Shown here in pieces: positions 17,601 to 26,357 of a DNA stretch of 64,000 nucleotides. The stretch's first letter is position 1; each line of letters starts with the position of its first letter. Position numbers and translations under genes: made by a program. The notes under the pieces were generated by a model, which was given only the letters and a program-made list of their open reading frames with translations, made no database searches and had not been told where the DNA came from. The stretch lies in the IMG/VR virus record IMGVR_UViG_3300037755_000497, positions 44,876 to 108,875 of that record, one strand, 5' to 3'. The stretch comes from a virus.

Positions 17601-18437
17601 ACTATGTTCAGTTCCAAAAAGTGAAGTGATACCAACAAGGCCAAATGAAAGATTATTTACATCAGACTGGTCAAATGTACTTGGTGAATTTCCATTATCA
17701 CCTTCAATAATCCCAATGAATAAAATATCAGGGTCAAGTCTTAGGTCAGTGTTTCTTCTTACAGTAGAACCAATTGCAAAAACTTGGTAATCACTAGGGT
17801 CAACAGATATGCTTCCAATTGTTTGCCCTAATGCTGTTAATGTTTCAATTTTATTATTTACACCATCCCAAATTACTGTTGCTTCTTCAAATGTATCAGC
17901 TTGTGAAACTGGGTTCTTTAAATATACTAAAACTTTTCTTCCAGCATTAGAAACACCAGCTTCAAAAATTGAATCTACAGTTATAGTTAAAGTTTCATCA
18001 CCATCATCAACTACAACATCAGGTTCAGCTAGTTCACCAATTCTTTCTTGTGTGAAGGTATATTTAATTTCACCAGTTCTAACATTTATTTCCGTATTCG
18101 CTGGTATATCTTGAAATCTTAATCCTACATAGTAATCAATACCTGTTGCATTTTCAAAAGGGATGTTATTAGCATCAATCGAATCAAGATTTATTATGTG
18201 CCCAGGTGGGCCATCAGTTCCAATTAGTGGTGTTACAATATCGAATGTGTCTGGTGTATCCGAAGATAAGATTTGTACAACATTTATGTCTGGTTCAAAT
18301 ACGCCGTTTGATTGCCAAACCTGTGCAAAACTTTCTAAAATTAATGTATGTAAATAATCCAAAAAGTTTTCGGTTATTTGTTGCTGTGGAAGAAATTTTT
18401 TCAAATAAATTGAAACTTTTTTATCATTTGTGGACAT
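14655..18437 (-). CDS. Large baseplate-anchored tail fibre / branching protein
   Basis: 1260 aa, acidic and beta-rich, with a GGSGGGSG hinge; follows the baseplate wedge gene. Confidence 0.65.
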   Translation of the reverse strand: MSTNDKKVSIYLKKFLPQQQITENFLDYLHTLILESFAQVWQSNGVFEPDINVVQILSSDTPDTFDIVTPLIGTDGPPGHIINLDSIDANNIPFENATGIDYYVGLRFQDIPANTEINVRTGEIKYTFTQERIGELAEPDVVVDDGDETLTITVDSIFEAGVSNAGRKVLVYLKNPVSQADTFEEATVIWDGVNNKIETLTALGQTIGSISVDPSDYQVFAIGSTVRRNTDLRLDPDILFIGIIEGDNGNSPSTFDQSDVNNLSFGLVGITSLFGTEHSLVDGTHTDITPETITTKQTTTGLQLDTQVNASDEDTPDIPVSHTLFNSIGGSGLQGIKWGIRDSGGSLIAYIDAHGNAYFQNLAAVSSIFQSNLTVTGNTTFGDDINTDTVTFNSVQRSLTDLIYIIDADANGTNSYKFYNQAIGAANLLMEILSTGDVTVKRDLTAGRDLIAVESAKAGKDVLTGGASPYAKNSDLSEIAIVASLNEVYDETINRKLLRVVPENPASTLILISPSFVSLADGSTYRLPNGSLLSNYAGGNIDFATGIITGGGDTFTPVDFTGQADKWFKYSLNLLQNNEILVLSNDTTQAGNFGTTSANTPNPPIAEGSIAFAVIAVQNDSGVSVTAINDLVETNIIRIPVGGSGGGSGDASKTDDVIDDWFQDSPFVHQAKNVFSNSGSDYVDAGETTAIYDTVNKQYNLDTGSILQSINHLDTTEFPEVQSEFLDFILDILEVEFLIVMPDDFEEDDGVLEVTRDGNEFQVVEFESRANGVKYFKHSFTDEAVISSLVEYGLANNDATLALDDGTAFANRSQEFLGNALVSAYRKLSIEVFKTGTPLGSYRILILKDDAGEPDLLNAVYDSGYIAVSTLSAGTNLIELTLQNLMLVPGDKYHIVIDTDADYKASYDAGVDEIAIEVDSSAPGIPDSKVYDGAVWADVAGNSIGHLLEGRSHDLRFKYTAANDDVSILGYSMAFRRNGVYISDVGVENYQKVTVNGDDNIQSIPVTGFIPHPSFLRMLINNTGQTFMHGAGFTLDNETHTIKLESGVLEFPGEILEIILTQNDGVAVDNLEQNSGDLAEIHAGRFKTSGRGYACKRNDGEVREFTIDNDDNIVIKDDVGAVVKEHIIYFQRRFLTAPISTSIADVTDLKLANLTIGKWYELNMSFDAQYNVGNGVSLIANHDSNVLLRCEANGEGGTGSVTGRYRFSRLITFQATATEITFQSVCPNVSEIIQGDGTPEQTFVELKEYNNLITTSKFTP

Positions 18438-18465
18438 ATTAAAATTTCCTTATATTAATCAATTT

Positions 18466-18494
18466 AGTATAACAATGTATAACATGAAATACAA
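18466..18494 (-). promoter_or_regulatory. Promoter TTGTAT-N17-TATACT containing the GTTATAC-N3-GTTATAC site
   Basis: Plus-strand GTATAAC at 18467 and 18477, upstream of the fibre cluster. Confidence 0.7.
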
Positions 18495-18504
18495 AGCAAA
18501 ATTA

Positions 18505-20358
18505 CTACAGGTCAAAACCTGGTGCTATTGTTCGTACATCAGTAGGTATTACCATCATTTCTATTTCGTCAATCTTCATAATAGTTGACGCATTAGTTTT
18601 CATCCCAAATTTCCCTTTTGTAAAGGAAGCATCTATAATTTCATGCTGTTTGTTTGAATCAACATAGGCCTTTATTACAGTGTCACCATTGGCCGCGCTT
18701 AGATCGGTTATAACAGTGAATATATAACTTGCTTGTGGAACTATGTCTTCTGTTACTGGGGCACTAATTTGGGTGGTTACACCACCTACAACCTTGTATA
18801 AAGAAGTTTCCCTATTGACAGTATCAATTCTAAATTCGTAATAGTTATTTATGTCCTGGAAGAAGAATAAAACCGAGAATACGCCCCCAGTTGACGAAGC
18901 ATTTTCTGCTTTAACTTGAAGCACAATGTCTTGAAATTCAGTGTCACCAAAAACCGATGTATTTACTATGGTGCTTGGTGCTAATTCCATTTGAAATTCA
19001 CTATTGACATTAGCTGAACCTTGTGCAACGTTAAATTGCCCGATGCCATCTACAAAATCATCAAAAAATCTAATAAATATTACATTAATTCTTTCTGATA
19101 CTGGACGCATAAGATTTAAGATTCTTTGGATTAGAACCTTGTTTAAATTCCCAGTTCCATCATCAACAATTCTAATATCAGTTTTAAATTCATCTAGCTG
19201 TTCAATTTGATATTCAATGAAGCCACTTAGTGGCGGTGTCAATGTTGCTGAATCAACATTATATACTGAATTAAGTGCAAGCCTAAAATTATCAACATCA
19301 ACTTTAACAGTATTTATTCCAACGCCTTCACCACCAATAAACATTTTTGCGAAATTTGTTACATCACCCATTATACCTAAAGAAGATTTGGCCGTTGATT
19401 CAGTTCCATTTACATAAAGCCTTATACCATCATTTGCTCGGTCAACCATCAGAGCAATATGCCTAACAATATTATTGTCTAAATCAAATGACGTTATTAA
19501 AGAATCAGTTATAGTTGTTATGCCATCGCTTACAGTGTAGGAAACAGTTTTAGCTGCTTTATCAATTTCAATTTTGAAACCTTTACCTGAACCATCCATC
19601 TTATGTACTAAAGTTTTATTCGCTTCGCTTATTGAAGACCTAATAAATAACTCAACTGTAAAGTCCTGACTTAAATCATAGTCATCACTATTATTAATCC
19701 TTACCACACCACCTTGTAGGGCCAGGTGTTTTGTTGAACCGTTCGGGAACCCTGAATTTGGGTTAGTATAGAATTGATATGGTGAAACACCAACAGCTTC
19801 ATTAACTAATATCGACCTATCAAGAAAATTATTTTCAAAAGTGTATAAAGCAACAACATTATTTGAAGTGTCTTCACTACCTTCAACACCTGGAACAGAT
19901 ATTAGCCAAGAATCTTCACCCAGCTGTTCTTCACCGAATGCTTTTTCACCGATAATAAATCTAAAATCGAACCAGTTAAAAATTCTTGCTGTCTTACCTA
20001 CAAATAACCTAACAATATTTGCATAACCTGGTTCAGTTCCTTTTTGTTTCCATAGAGCAACGGCCAGTGAAATTAGCTTTCTTAAATCATTTTCCGAAAG
20101 GTCTTGTGTAATATTATTCAAGTCATTAGTGAAACCAACAATATCTTTTAAATATATTAAAAGGTCAGCACGAATTCTTGCTGGGTCATTAAGTGTTGAA
20201 AGCGTTTTAATTCTCGCTTGCATTTTCTCAAATTCAATTTGCTTACCGATAAGGAATCTTTGAAGAAAATCATTACCTTCACGTTTATCAATATCCCTAA
20301 TTGGTTTATGGATGAATTTGTAAATATCATACTGAAAATTAGGGTCTATTTTAGGCAT
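18505..20358 (-). CDS. Baseplate wedge protein (P2 gpI-like) with inserted LamG/ConA domain
   Basis: DP..I..LLIYL...LRKLI..A..LWKQKGT; LamG: DFTVELFI...HIALMVD..LYVNG...IGG...DNFRL. Confidence 0.8.
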   Translation of the reverse strand: MPKIDPNFQYDIYKFIHKPIRDIDKREGNDFLQRFLIGKQIEFEKMQARIKTLSTLNDPARIRADLLIYLKDIVGFTNDLNNITQDLSENDLRKLISLAVALWKQKGTEPGYANIVRLFVGKTARIFNWFDFRFIIGEKAFGEEQLGEDSWLISVPGVEGSEDTSNNVVALYTFENNFLDRSILVNEAVGVSPYQFYTNPNSGFPNGSTKHLALQGGVVRINNSDDYDLSQDFTVELFIRSSISEANKTLVHKMDGSGKGFKIEIDKAAKTVSYTVSDGITTITDSLITSFDLDNNIVRHIALMVDRANDGIRLYVNGTESTAKSSLGIMGDVTNFAKMFIGGEGVGINTVKVDVDNFRLALNSVYNVDSATLTPPLSGFIEYQIEQLDEFKTDIRIVDDGTGNLNKVLIQRILNLMRPVSERINVIFIRFFDDFVDGIGQFNVAQGSANVNSEFQMELAPSTIVNTSVFGDTEFQDIVLQVKAENASSTGGVFSVLFFFQDINNYYEFRIDTVNRETSLYKVVGGVTTQISAPVTEDIVPQASYIFTVITDLSAANGDTVIKAYVDSNKQHEIIDASFTKGKFGMKTNASTIMKIDEIEMMVIPTDVRTIAPGFDL

Positions 20359-20509
20359 CTAATTCTTCCTTTGAATCATTATCTTCTTCCAGCTTTTCCG
20401 AACAATCTTTACAGTACAATTCAAGTTGATTACCTTTCGGTTTGTTATCGCTGGGAAAGTATCCTAGAACCTTTTCACACGCCCCACAATGTACTTTCCC
20501 AAACGTCAT
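20351..20509 (-). CDS. Small CxxC...CxxC Zn-finger protein (52 aa, not in the ORF track)
   Basis: AAGGA SD; MTFGKVHCGACEKVLGYF...LYCKDCSEKLEE...DA*; exactly fills the gap between its neighbours. Confidence 0.75.
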   Translation of the reverse strand: MTFGKVHCGACEKVLGYFPSDNKPKGNQLELYCKDCSEKLEEDNDSKEELDA

Positions 20510-20518
20510 AACTATTCC

Positions 20519-21133
20519 TTACGCTGCAACCAAAACTGGTGTTAAAATAATTTGTCCTTTTTCAGACTGTTTTAGAAGATCACGTGCAATGTAACCAATA
20601 ACGTATGGTACAGAAGTAGCGTGCGCTTTTAAATGGCCAAATCCAAAATTGTGTAGTGCTTCATGAATAACGTTACCAAATATTTCCCAAATATAAAACC
20701 TATTAAAAAACTTTGAATTAATCCAAGTTTTCCAAGTATTTGGATACGTGAACCCCACTGTAGAAGAAAAGTTCTTAGTGTACATAGTAGAGAATACATC
20801 AATATCACGGTCTTCACTTTCATTATAAAGGTCTTTACCTGAACAAATTAAATTGTAAATTTGTAGGTTACTAAGGCCATTAGTTTCAGTCAGTTTAGCG
20901 GCTAGAATCCTATCTTTAAATTGTTGACTGTTTAAAACCTTTTTACCTTTAGTACAGGCTTCAAGCATTTTTTCTTTTTGCTTACCAGTGTAATTATCCA
21001 AACCATGAATCTCAATATCTAATTCACCAAATGTCATTTGGTCTGGTGTTGTAGGTACTGGGCCTGTGGCCGGTTTTACCCTTCTTTTATTTCCAAATAA
21101 ATTCATAAACCACCTTTTCATTCTATAAAACAT
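20519..21133 (-). CDS. Zinc metallopeptidase (metzincin-like)
   Basis: HEALHNFGFGH = HExxHxxGxxH; VGFT; SVPYVIG. Confidence 0.8.
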   Translation of the reverse strand: MFYRMKRWFMNLFGNKRRVKPATGPVPTTPDQMTFGELDIEIHGLDNYTGKQKEKMLEACTKGKKVLNSQQFKDRILAAKLTETNGLSNLQIYNLICSGKDLYNESEDRDIDVFSTMYTKNFSSTVGFTYPNTWKTWINSKFFNRFYIWEIFGNVIHEALHNFGFGHLKAHATSVPYVIGYIARDLLKQSEKGQIILTPVLVAA

Positions 21134-21143
21134 AATTGTCCTT

Positions 21144-23603
21144 TTATATTACTGTTGCTGAAATGCTACCAGCGAATGGTAGTTCCCTTGTGTTCATTGG
21201 TACTGCATCACCTATTGCTTGTGGAACTGTTATTACAACTTTCTTGATATTAACTGGGTCAACTTCAAATATTTCTGACACAATAACTGAAAGCGGTACT
21301 TCTTGACCGAAATCCCATCTTTTTGTTACACCATCATTAAATGTTGCTTCTGGGTTTAGTAGGGCCGTTATTGCATTTTCAATTTCAGCTTTAACCCCAC
21401 CTGTTACTGTCGCTGTTACATCAATTACTTTTGGTGTGTAATTCACAATAGTAGCTTCATGGTTGCTAACAATCACTGGGTCAATATCAAGTGCCTTGCT
21501 TCCATTGAAGAAGTCAGTTAGTTCATTTCTTTGAACTTCTGTAAGTAGTGCCCCAGCAAAACCTACAACTACAACTTCAACTGTCTTAACTCCAAATGTT
21601 TCTTCAATAGCTAACGCCCTAGCTACAAGTGATGAACCATTAGAATCAACAAATTGAGTGGCCAAGAATTCAAAATCAATTGTTGCGATTGCTCTACCAC
21701 GTGTTCTTAAAGTAGCTGGGCCTTCAACTTTTAATCTTGCTAAATCTTGTTCAGTAGAACCTTCTTTCGGTGACCAACCAATAGCTTGACGTGGGTTGAA
21801 AACTCTGGAAATAAAAGATATACCGGATTTGTTAACTGATACTGTTCTTGCACCAACGTTACCATCAACATCAGCACCAATTCTGTACAATGCACGAATA
21901 TTATCAACACCAGGTGAAGGTATCCTACCTTGTTTACCATCACCAAATTTAATTGTTGCATTGTCATTAGCATCAATTTGTAAAGTATAATCCTTGGATG
22001 CACTATTAGATGAAAGGAAATTTTCTTTTTGATTCCATGGTTGAAATCCAGAACCTTCATCAACTTCAACTAATAACGTTCCTTCAATAAGTGGCCTTTG
22101 TGTTAATAAGAATTCTAAATTTACATCACCATTAGAAGAACCAACTGGGTCATCTGTTACAGTTTGCCCTTGTGATACAGGTACAAGAACATATTGTGTC
22201 CCAGTATCAATTCTAATTCTATCAACATTTGGGTTTACTGGTGCTGTTACTTCAATAATCCTTACACGTATTGCGTAGCCTTCAATTGCATTTGTAACTC
22301 TTTTCAACCAATTTTTAGACTGACTTTGCGGCAATGTATAAGAAAGTTTACCATCTTCTGTAAATCCGTTCGTTAAATCACTTGTATCACCAACTTCATT
22401 CCATTTTGTTCCTACAACGTAATCTTGTTCGTTTAGTGAAACCGCTGATTGCCCTAGTAGTCCACCAGTGGTAAGAACATTCACACCACCAATATATTGG
22501 GAAACTAAAGTTTCTTGTGCCCCAGTGCTGGAAAGAACAACTCTTACGACTGAACCGCTTCTATTCTCTGTTCCTAGTAGCGTTGTTAAGTCTAACGTTA
22601 AATTTGAACCATTATTAGTTACTAAATCTGGTTTAGCATCTTCTAAAGTATTATCATAAAATTCCACAACGTATTCAATACCGCTACCAAAAGTGTTGAA
22701 TATGAATTCAAGCGTATTAAATAATACGTTTTGATGAATTACATATAGTATGTCACCTTTTTTAGGTGTTGCCGGAAATAAATCAAAGAAGACACCATCA
22801 GTAGATGCTAAACCAGTTCTATTGGCCCCAAATGATGCGTTCTTTACATTGAAGTTTGCTACACCCGTATCAATTTTTGTAATTGCTATTGATTCAATCG
22901 AATCATTTAAAGGTATGATTGAAAGTTTGCTTGTTTCATCACTTATGGCGTGAACTCTTTTTAATATATTTTCATTGCCACTTGTATTAATAGCAGCTGC
23001 TAAACTTGCTAAAGTTGTTGGTATATCGCCACCAACTGGATATTCTACCCCAGCACGAAAATCAACGCCTTCAATATTTACACCATTACCAGCTTCAATT
23101 GCATTGTCTATGATTTCTACTAGGCCAGCTTCAAAAACAAAAATACCTGTTGGAACATTTGATGGTTGAATTGTGAAGCTAGTATTTGTTTCATAAATTA
23201 CTTGTGGAACTTCTTCTGTTTCAACTGTTGAAAATTGGCTATCCCTTGGTACAAGTTCTATTGCAGTTGTAAACACTTTAGATAGTTCAAGCACAATATC
23301 AGTTACAGCTGGTGTTGCCTGTCTTAAAGTTACATCAATAAGTGCAAGGTGACCCCTAACACTTTCCAATAACCTTGCTGTCGGTAACAAACTTTCGTTA
23401 GCTGTAATATCTAATAAAACGTTATTTAAATGTCCAATTAATGAATAACAACGTAGTAGTTGTTGAAATGGTTCTTCATCAGATTCATCAGTTATTTCTG
23501 GTACATTTACACGTTGATACTGTATCAATGAACGCAATAAATCTGGGTAATAAAAACCGCTAAAATCAAAGTCCGGTATCTCAATAGTTCTTGCTTCGGC
23601 CAT
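21144..23603 (-). CDS. Baseplate J-like / baseplate assembly protein
   Basis: NESLLPTA..ESV, FGDGKQGRIP, YRIG..GNV, RAIATIDFE motifs. Confidence 0.9.
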   Translation of the reverse strand: MAEARTIEIPDFDFSGFYYPDLLRSLIQYQRVNVPEITDESDEEPFQQLLRCYSLIGHLNNVLLDITANESLLPTARLLESVRGHLALIDVTLRQATPAVTDIVLELSKVFTTAIELVPRDSQFSTVETEEVPQVIYETNTSFTIQPSNVPTGIFVFEAGLVEIIDNAIEAGNGVNIEGVDFRAGVEYPVGGDIPTTLASLAAAINTSGNENILKRVHAISDETSKLSIIPLNDSIESIAITKIDTGVANFNVKNASFGANRTGLASTDGVFFDLFPATPKKGDILYVIHQNVLFNTLEFIFNTFGSGIEYVVEFYDNTLEDAKPDLVTNNGSNLTLDLTTLLGTENRSGSVVRVVLSSTGAQETLVSQYIGGVNVLTTGGLLGQSAVSLNEQDYVVGTKWNEVGDTSDLTNGFTEDGKLSYTLPQSQSKNWLKRVTNAIEGYAIRVRIIEVTAPVNPNVDRIRIDTGTQYVLVPVSQGQTVTDDPVGSSNGDVNLEFLLTQRPLIEGTLLVEVDEGSGFQPWNQKENFLSSNSASKDYTLQIDANDNATIKFGDGKQGRIPSPGVDNIRALYRIGADVDGNVGARTVSVNKSGISFISRVFNPRQAIGWSPKEGSTEQDLARLKVEGPATLRTRGRAIATIDFEFLATQFVDSNGSSLVARALAIEETFGVKTVEVVVVGFAGALLTEVQRNELTDFFNGSKALDIDPVIVSNHEATIVNYTPKVIDVTATVTGGVKAEIENAITALLNPEATFNDGVTKRWDFGQEVPLSVIVSEIFEVDPVNIKKVVITVPQAIGDAVPMNTRELPFAGSISATVI

Positions 23604-23609
23604 AATATT

Positions 23610-23990
23610 CTACCTTTTTTCGGATTTACCTTTTAAACCTTGTGTGAATTCTTCTTCTTTATTCGTTAAAAGGTCTATGTATTTAAAACTAATTACCAAT
23701 TCACCAATTTTACTTTCATCAAATGAAAGTGTTGTTTCATCCATTCTTACTAGTTCAGAAAATTTGGCCAATATCCTTCTTACAGCTTGCGTGGCCTTAC
23801 CACGGAAAGATGCTGTCTTTATAGAGAAAATTAACGAATCATCAATCCCTAAAAGTTGGAATGCATTGTCATCATTACCTTCCTGGAATGCTAATGATAA
23901 AATCTTTTGGGTGTTCTTGCTTTGATCTTTTTCAATAGCTGCACGGCCTCTATTGTCAACACCCACTGGAATTTTTAAACCTTTTGGCAT
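23610..23990 (-). CDS. gp25/gpW-like baseplate wedge / sheath initiator
   Basis: Size, GLKIP N-terminus and position before baseplate J. Confidence 0.65.
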   Translation of the reverse strand: MPKGLKIPVGVDNRGRAAIEKDQSKNTQKILSLAFQEGNDDNAFQLLGIDDSLIFSIKTASFRGKATQAVRRILAKFSELVRMDETTLSFDESKIGELVISFKYIDLLTNKEEEFTQGLKGKSEKR

Positions 23991-23992
23991 AA

Positions 23993-24190
23993 TTAGTACC
24001 TTTTTAGTAAACGCTTCTTTTTACCATATCTTTTCTTCCAGTGCTTTATACAATATATTCTAGTATCGCCTTCATTCTCTGGATTTTTTTTTGCTTCATC
24101 TAATGTTAATTCATCACCGCATACATAACAATTTGTTTTTAAAACTTTGTCTTGCGCATCCCTTTTCTTCATCGGGCTATCAGTAAACAT
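23993..24190 (-). CDS. Small basic Zn-finger protein
   Basis: CYVC...YCIKH. Confidence 0.6.
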   Translation of the reverse strand: MFTDSPMKKRDAQDKVLKTNCYVCGDELTLDEAKKNPENEGDTRIYCIKHWKKRYGKKKRLLKRY

Positions 24191-24200
24191 ACTATACTTC

Positions 24201-25481
24201 CTAAGTTAACAAATTATCATATCTACTTGCTAGGGCCGTAGCTTCTGCACCACCGGCCTGCACATCTGATTTTGCTTTAGTTAAATCGTTTAGTAATACT
24301 ATTGAACCATTATTCAAACGGCAACGGCCTTCTGTAGTATTAAATCTTTGGTCATAATAAGATAGGGCACCTGATGCACCGAAAGCGATTGCAGCGGCTA
24401 TATCAGCTATTCTCTGTAGTGCTTGCGGCCTTCTAATATCCTTTTCATCATCAATGTCTGAAATACCTGTGTCACTAATATCAATTGTCCCTGGTGGCGT
24501 AACGCCCAGCAAAGCAGTAATTGCCGCTATTGAAGTTTGGCAATTTGTTTTAGCTGTTAAATCAATATTGTCATCTTCATTTGAATCAATAGCAGAAATC
24601 TGATTATTTAATGCAGCAATTCTATTGTTAAATACATCTTCTAATTGACCCAAAAATAAATTCATTATTCCTTGGAAATCAGAGTCACTTGCAATTTGAT
24701 TTGTTCTTTCAGTGTCAGTAAAACCACCGAATGTTTTTTGACCAATGCTACTATTTGCCGGTATGGTTCCAGCTGGTGTAATAATATACTCAAAAGTTAT
24801 ATCACCATTTTCTGTCCAAGTTCCACCATTGGCCGTACAAGTCGGTTCATCAACACCTGATTCAGCTGGTGTTTCACCAGTACAATAACCAGTCACACTT
24901 AAAACTTTTAGTAAACCGATGTTGCCACCACCAGAAACAAATAATACATCGTTAATATCAATATCTTCTAGGTTATTTATAATTCTAACTGAATTACTAT
25001 TACCATCAATTTCAGCAAAGATTTCTGCACCGTTTGATATTGTTGTTTGTCCTGGGTAACCACTTTGTAAAAGCTGTAGAATCGTATCTTGTGATGTGAA
25101 CAAATCAATTTCATTCAATTGCTCTAAAGCTACTAAAGGCCCACCATCAAATTGCGCTATTCTTGTTGGTGAAAAATCACCGCCATTCCAAAGCCTAGAA
25201 CTATCGTCACCGTTGGCAAACTTTTGAACATCTGTTTCAACTATTTTTGAAGCTATATCTTGGCCATCAATCCATCTTCTTTCATTTTCGTATTTACCAA
25301 TTATATTATCATTAATAGTATCAAAAGTTTCTTTTTGAAAATCTTCAACATCTTGTTGCTTGTCTAATGCACCTTGAATAGCAGCAACCTTACCAGCTGT
25401 AGCACTAGCACCGGCCAAGGCCACATCTTTTAATGCAGTAAGTGCAGCTGTCTGTGCTGGTGAAGGTGTTGGTAATCCCAT
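24201..25481 (-). CDS. Virion protein of the baseplate region (helical termini)
   Basis: Long ORF translationally coupled to the spike gene. Confidence 0.6.
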   Translation of the reverse strand: MGLPTPSPAQTAALTALKDVALAGASATAGKVAAIQGALDKQQDVEDFQKETFDTINDNIIGKYENERRWIDGQDIASKIVETDVQKFANGDDSSRLWNGGDFSPTRIAQFDGGPLVALEQLNEIDLFTSQDTILQLLQSGYPGQTTISNGAEIFAEIDGNSNSVRIINNLEDIDINDVLFVSGGGNIGLLKVLSVTGYCTGETPAESGVDEPTCTANGGTWTENGDITFEYIITPAGTIPANSSIGQKTFGGFTDTERTNQIASDSDFQGIMNLFLGQLEDVFNNRIAALNNQISAIDSNEDDNIDLTAKTNCQTSIAAITALLGVTPPGTIDISDTGISDIDDEKDIRRPQALQRIADIAAAIAFGASGALSYYDQRFNTTEGRCRLNNGSIVLLNDLTKAKSDVQAGGAEATALASRYDNLLT

Positions 25482-26356
25482 TATGTGTTTCCCTTTAAAA
25501 ATATGCTTAATGCTGTAGGGTCAAGTGGTGTACCAGCTTTTGAACTCATAGGAACAATAGGTGCTTGCGAAGGGTTGATACCAGCTTGTGATTGTGGAAC
25601 TAAATGAATATGTTGGTCATGAAGACCTATCATGTTTTCTGATAGTGTTGCATGAAATGATGGTGAAGTTCCAATCTTCGCTATCGGTGCATCCAAAATA
25701 ATTTCAGCTGTTGCTTTAGCATTTATTTTTCCAGCTTCTAATACTATTTTCTGGTCACCGCTTACATCAACAAGCGTTACTTGCGTTTCATTTATTTCTA
25801 GTTTACCACCGCCACTGTGTAACATTTTTACTATTTTATTTTTATCATCGAATAAAAGTATGTGCCCTAGTATTGATTGCATTTTAATTAATTGACCTTC
25901 CTTCTTATCATCAAAAATAAGACTGTGACCTTTACCAGAAACCATTTTGTAGAACTGCTTATCTTCTGTATCATCAAATATAAAATAATGGCCGCTATTA
26001 GATTTCCACCCCATAGACTTGCCGTAATTTGCTTTAAAGATGTCATCAATATCAGCATCATCAGCATCGCTGTACAACATGCAAACATAAGTTGGTTCTG
26101 GAAGTTCAACATCAGTTGTGTCATCACCGCCATCATCAGCTTGAATTTCAACTTCAATTTCATCACCAACTTGTGGAACCCAGAACATGCCAGCACCATT
26201 AGCACTAGCGAACGGAAAACATGGTTCAGCTGGTAAAGGGTATTCACCTTTGTATAAAGTAGGTGCATTAAAGAAAACAGCACCACGTAATCTTAACCCA
26301 ATATCTTCATCAGTAATTCTTGTTACAATCGCACGGTGCTTTTCAGTTACAGACAT
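25481..26356 (-). CDS. Baseplate central spike (gpV/gp5-like)
   Basis: OB-fold GMFWVPQVGDEIEV, repeated GH..iFDD beta-helix, C-terminal HxH (HIH) metal tip. Confidence 0.88.
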   Translation of the reverse strand: MSVTEKHRAIVTRITDEDIGLRLRGAVFFNAPTLYKGEYPLPAEPCFPFASANGAGMFWVPQVGDEIEVEIQADDGGDDTTDVELPEPTYVCMLYSDADDADIDDIFKANYGKSMGWKSNSGHYFIFDDTEDKQFYKMVSGKGHSLIFDDKKEGQLIKMQSILGHILLFDDKNKIVKMLHSGGGKLEINETQVTLVDVSGDQKIVLEAGKINAKATAEIILDAPIAKIGTSPSFHATLSENMIGLHDQHIHLVPQSQAGINPSQAPIVPMSSKAGTPLDPTALSIFLKGNT

Positions 26357-26357
26357 A

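Noticed and set aside
9525-18437. Diversity-generating retroelement or invertible fibre cassette
   Set aside because: No reverse transcriptase, invertase, template/variable repeat pair or flanking inverted sites were seen in the window
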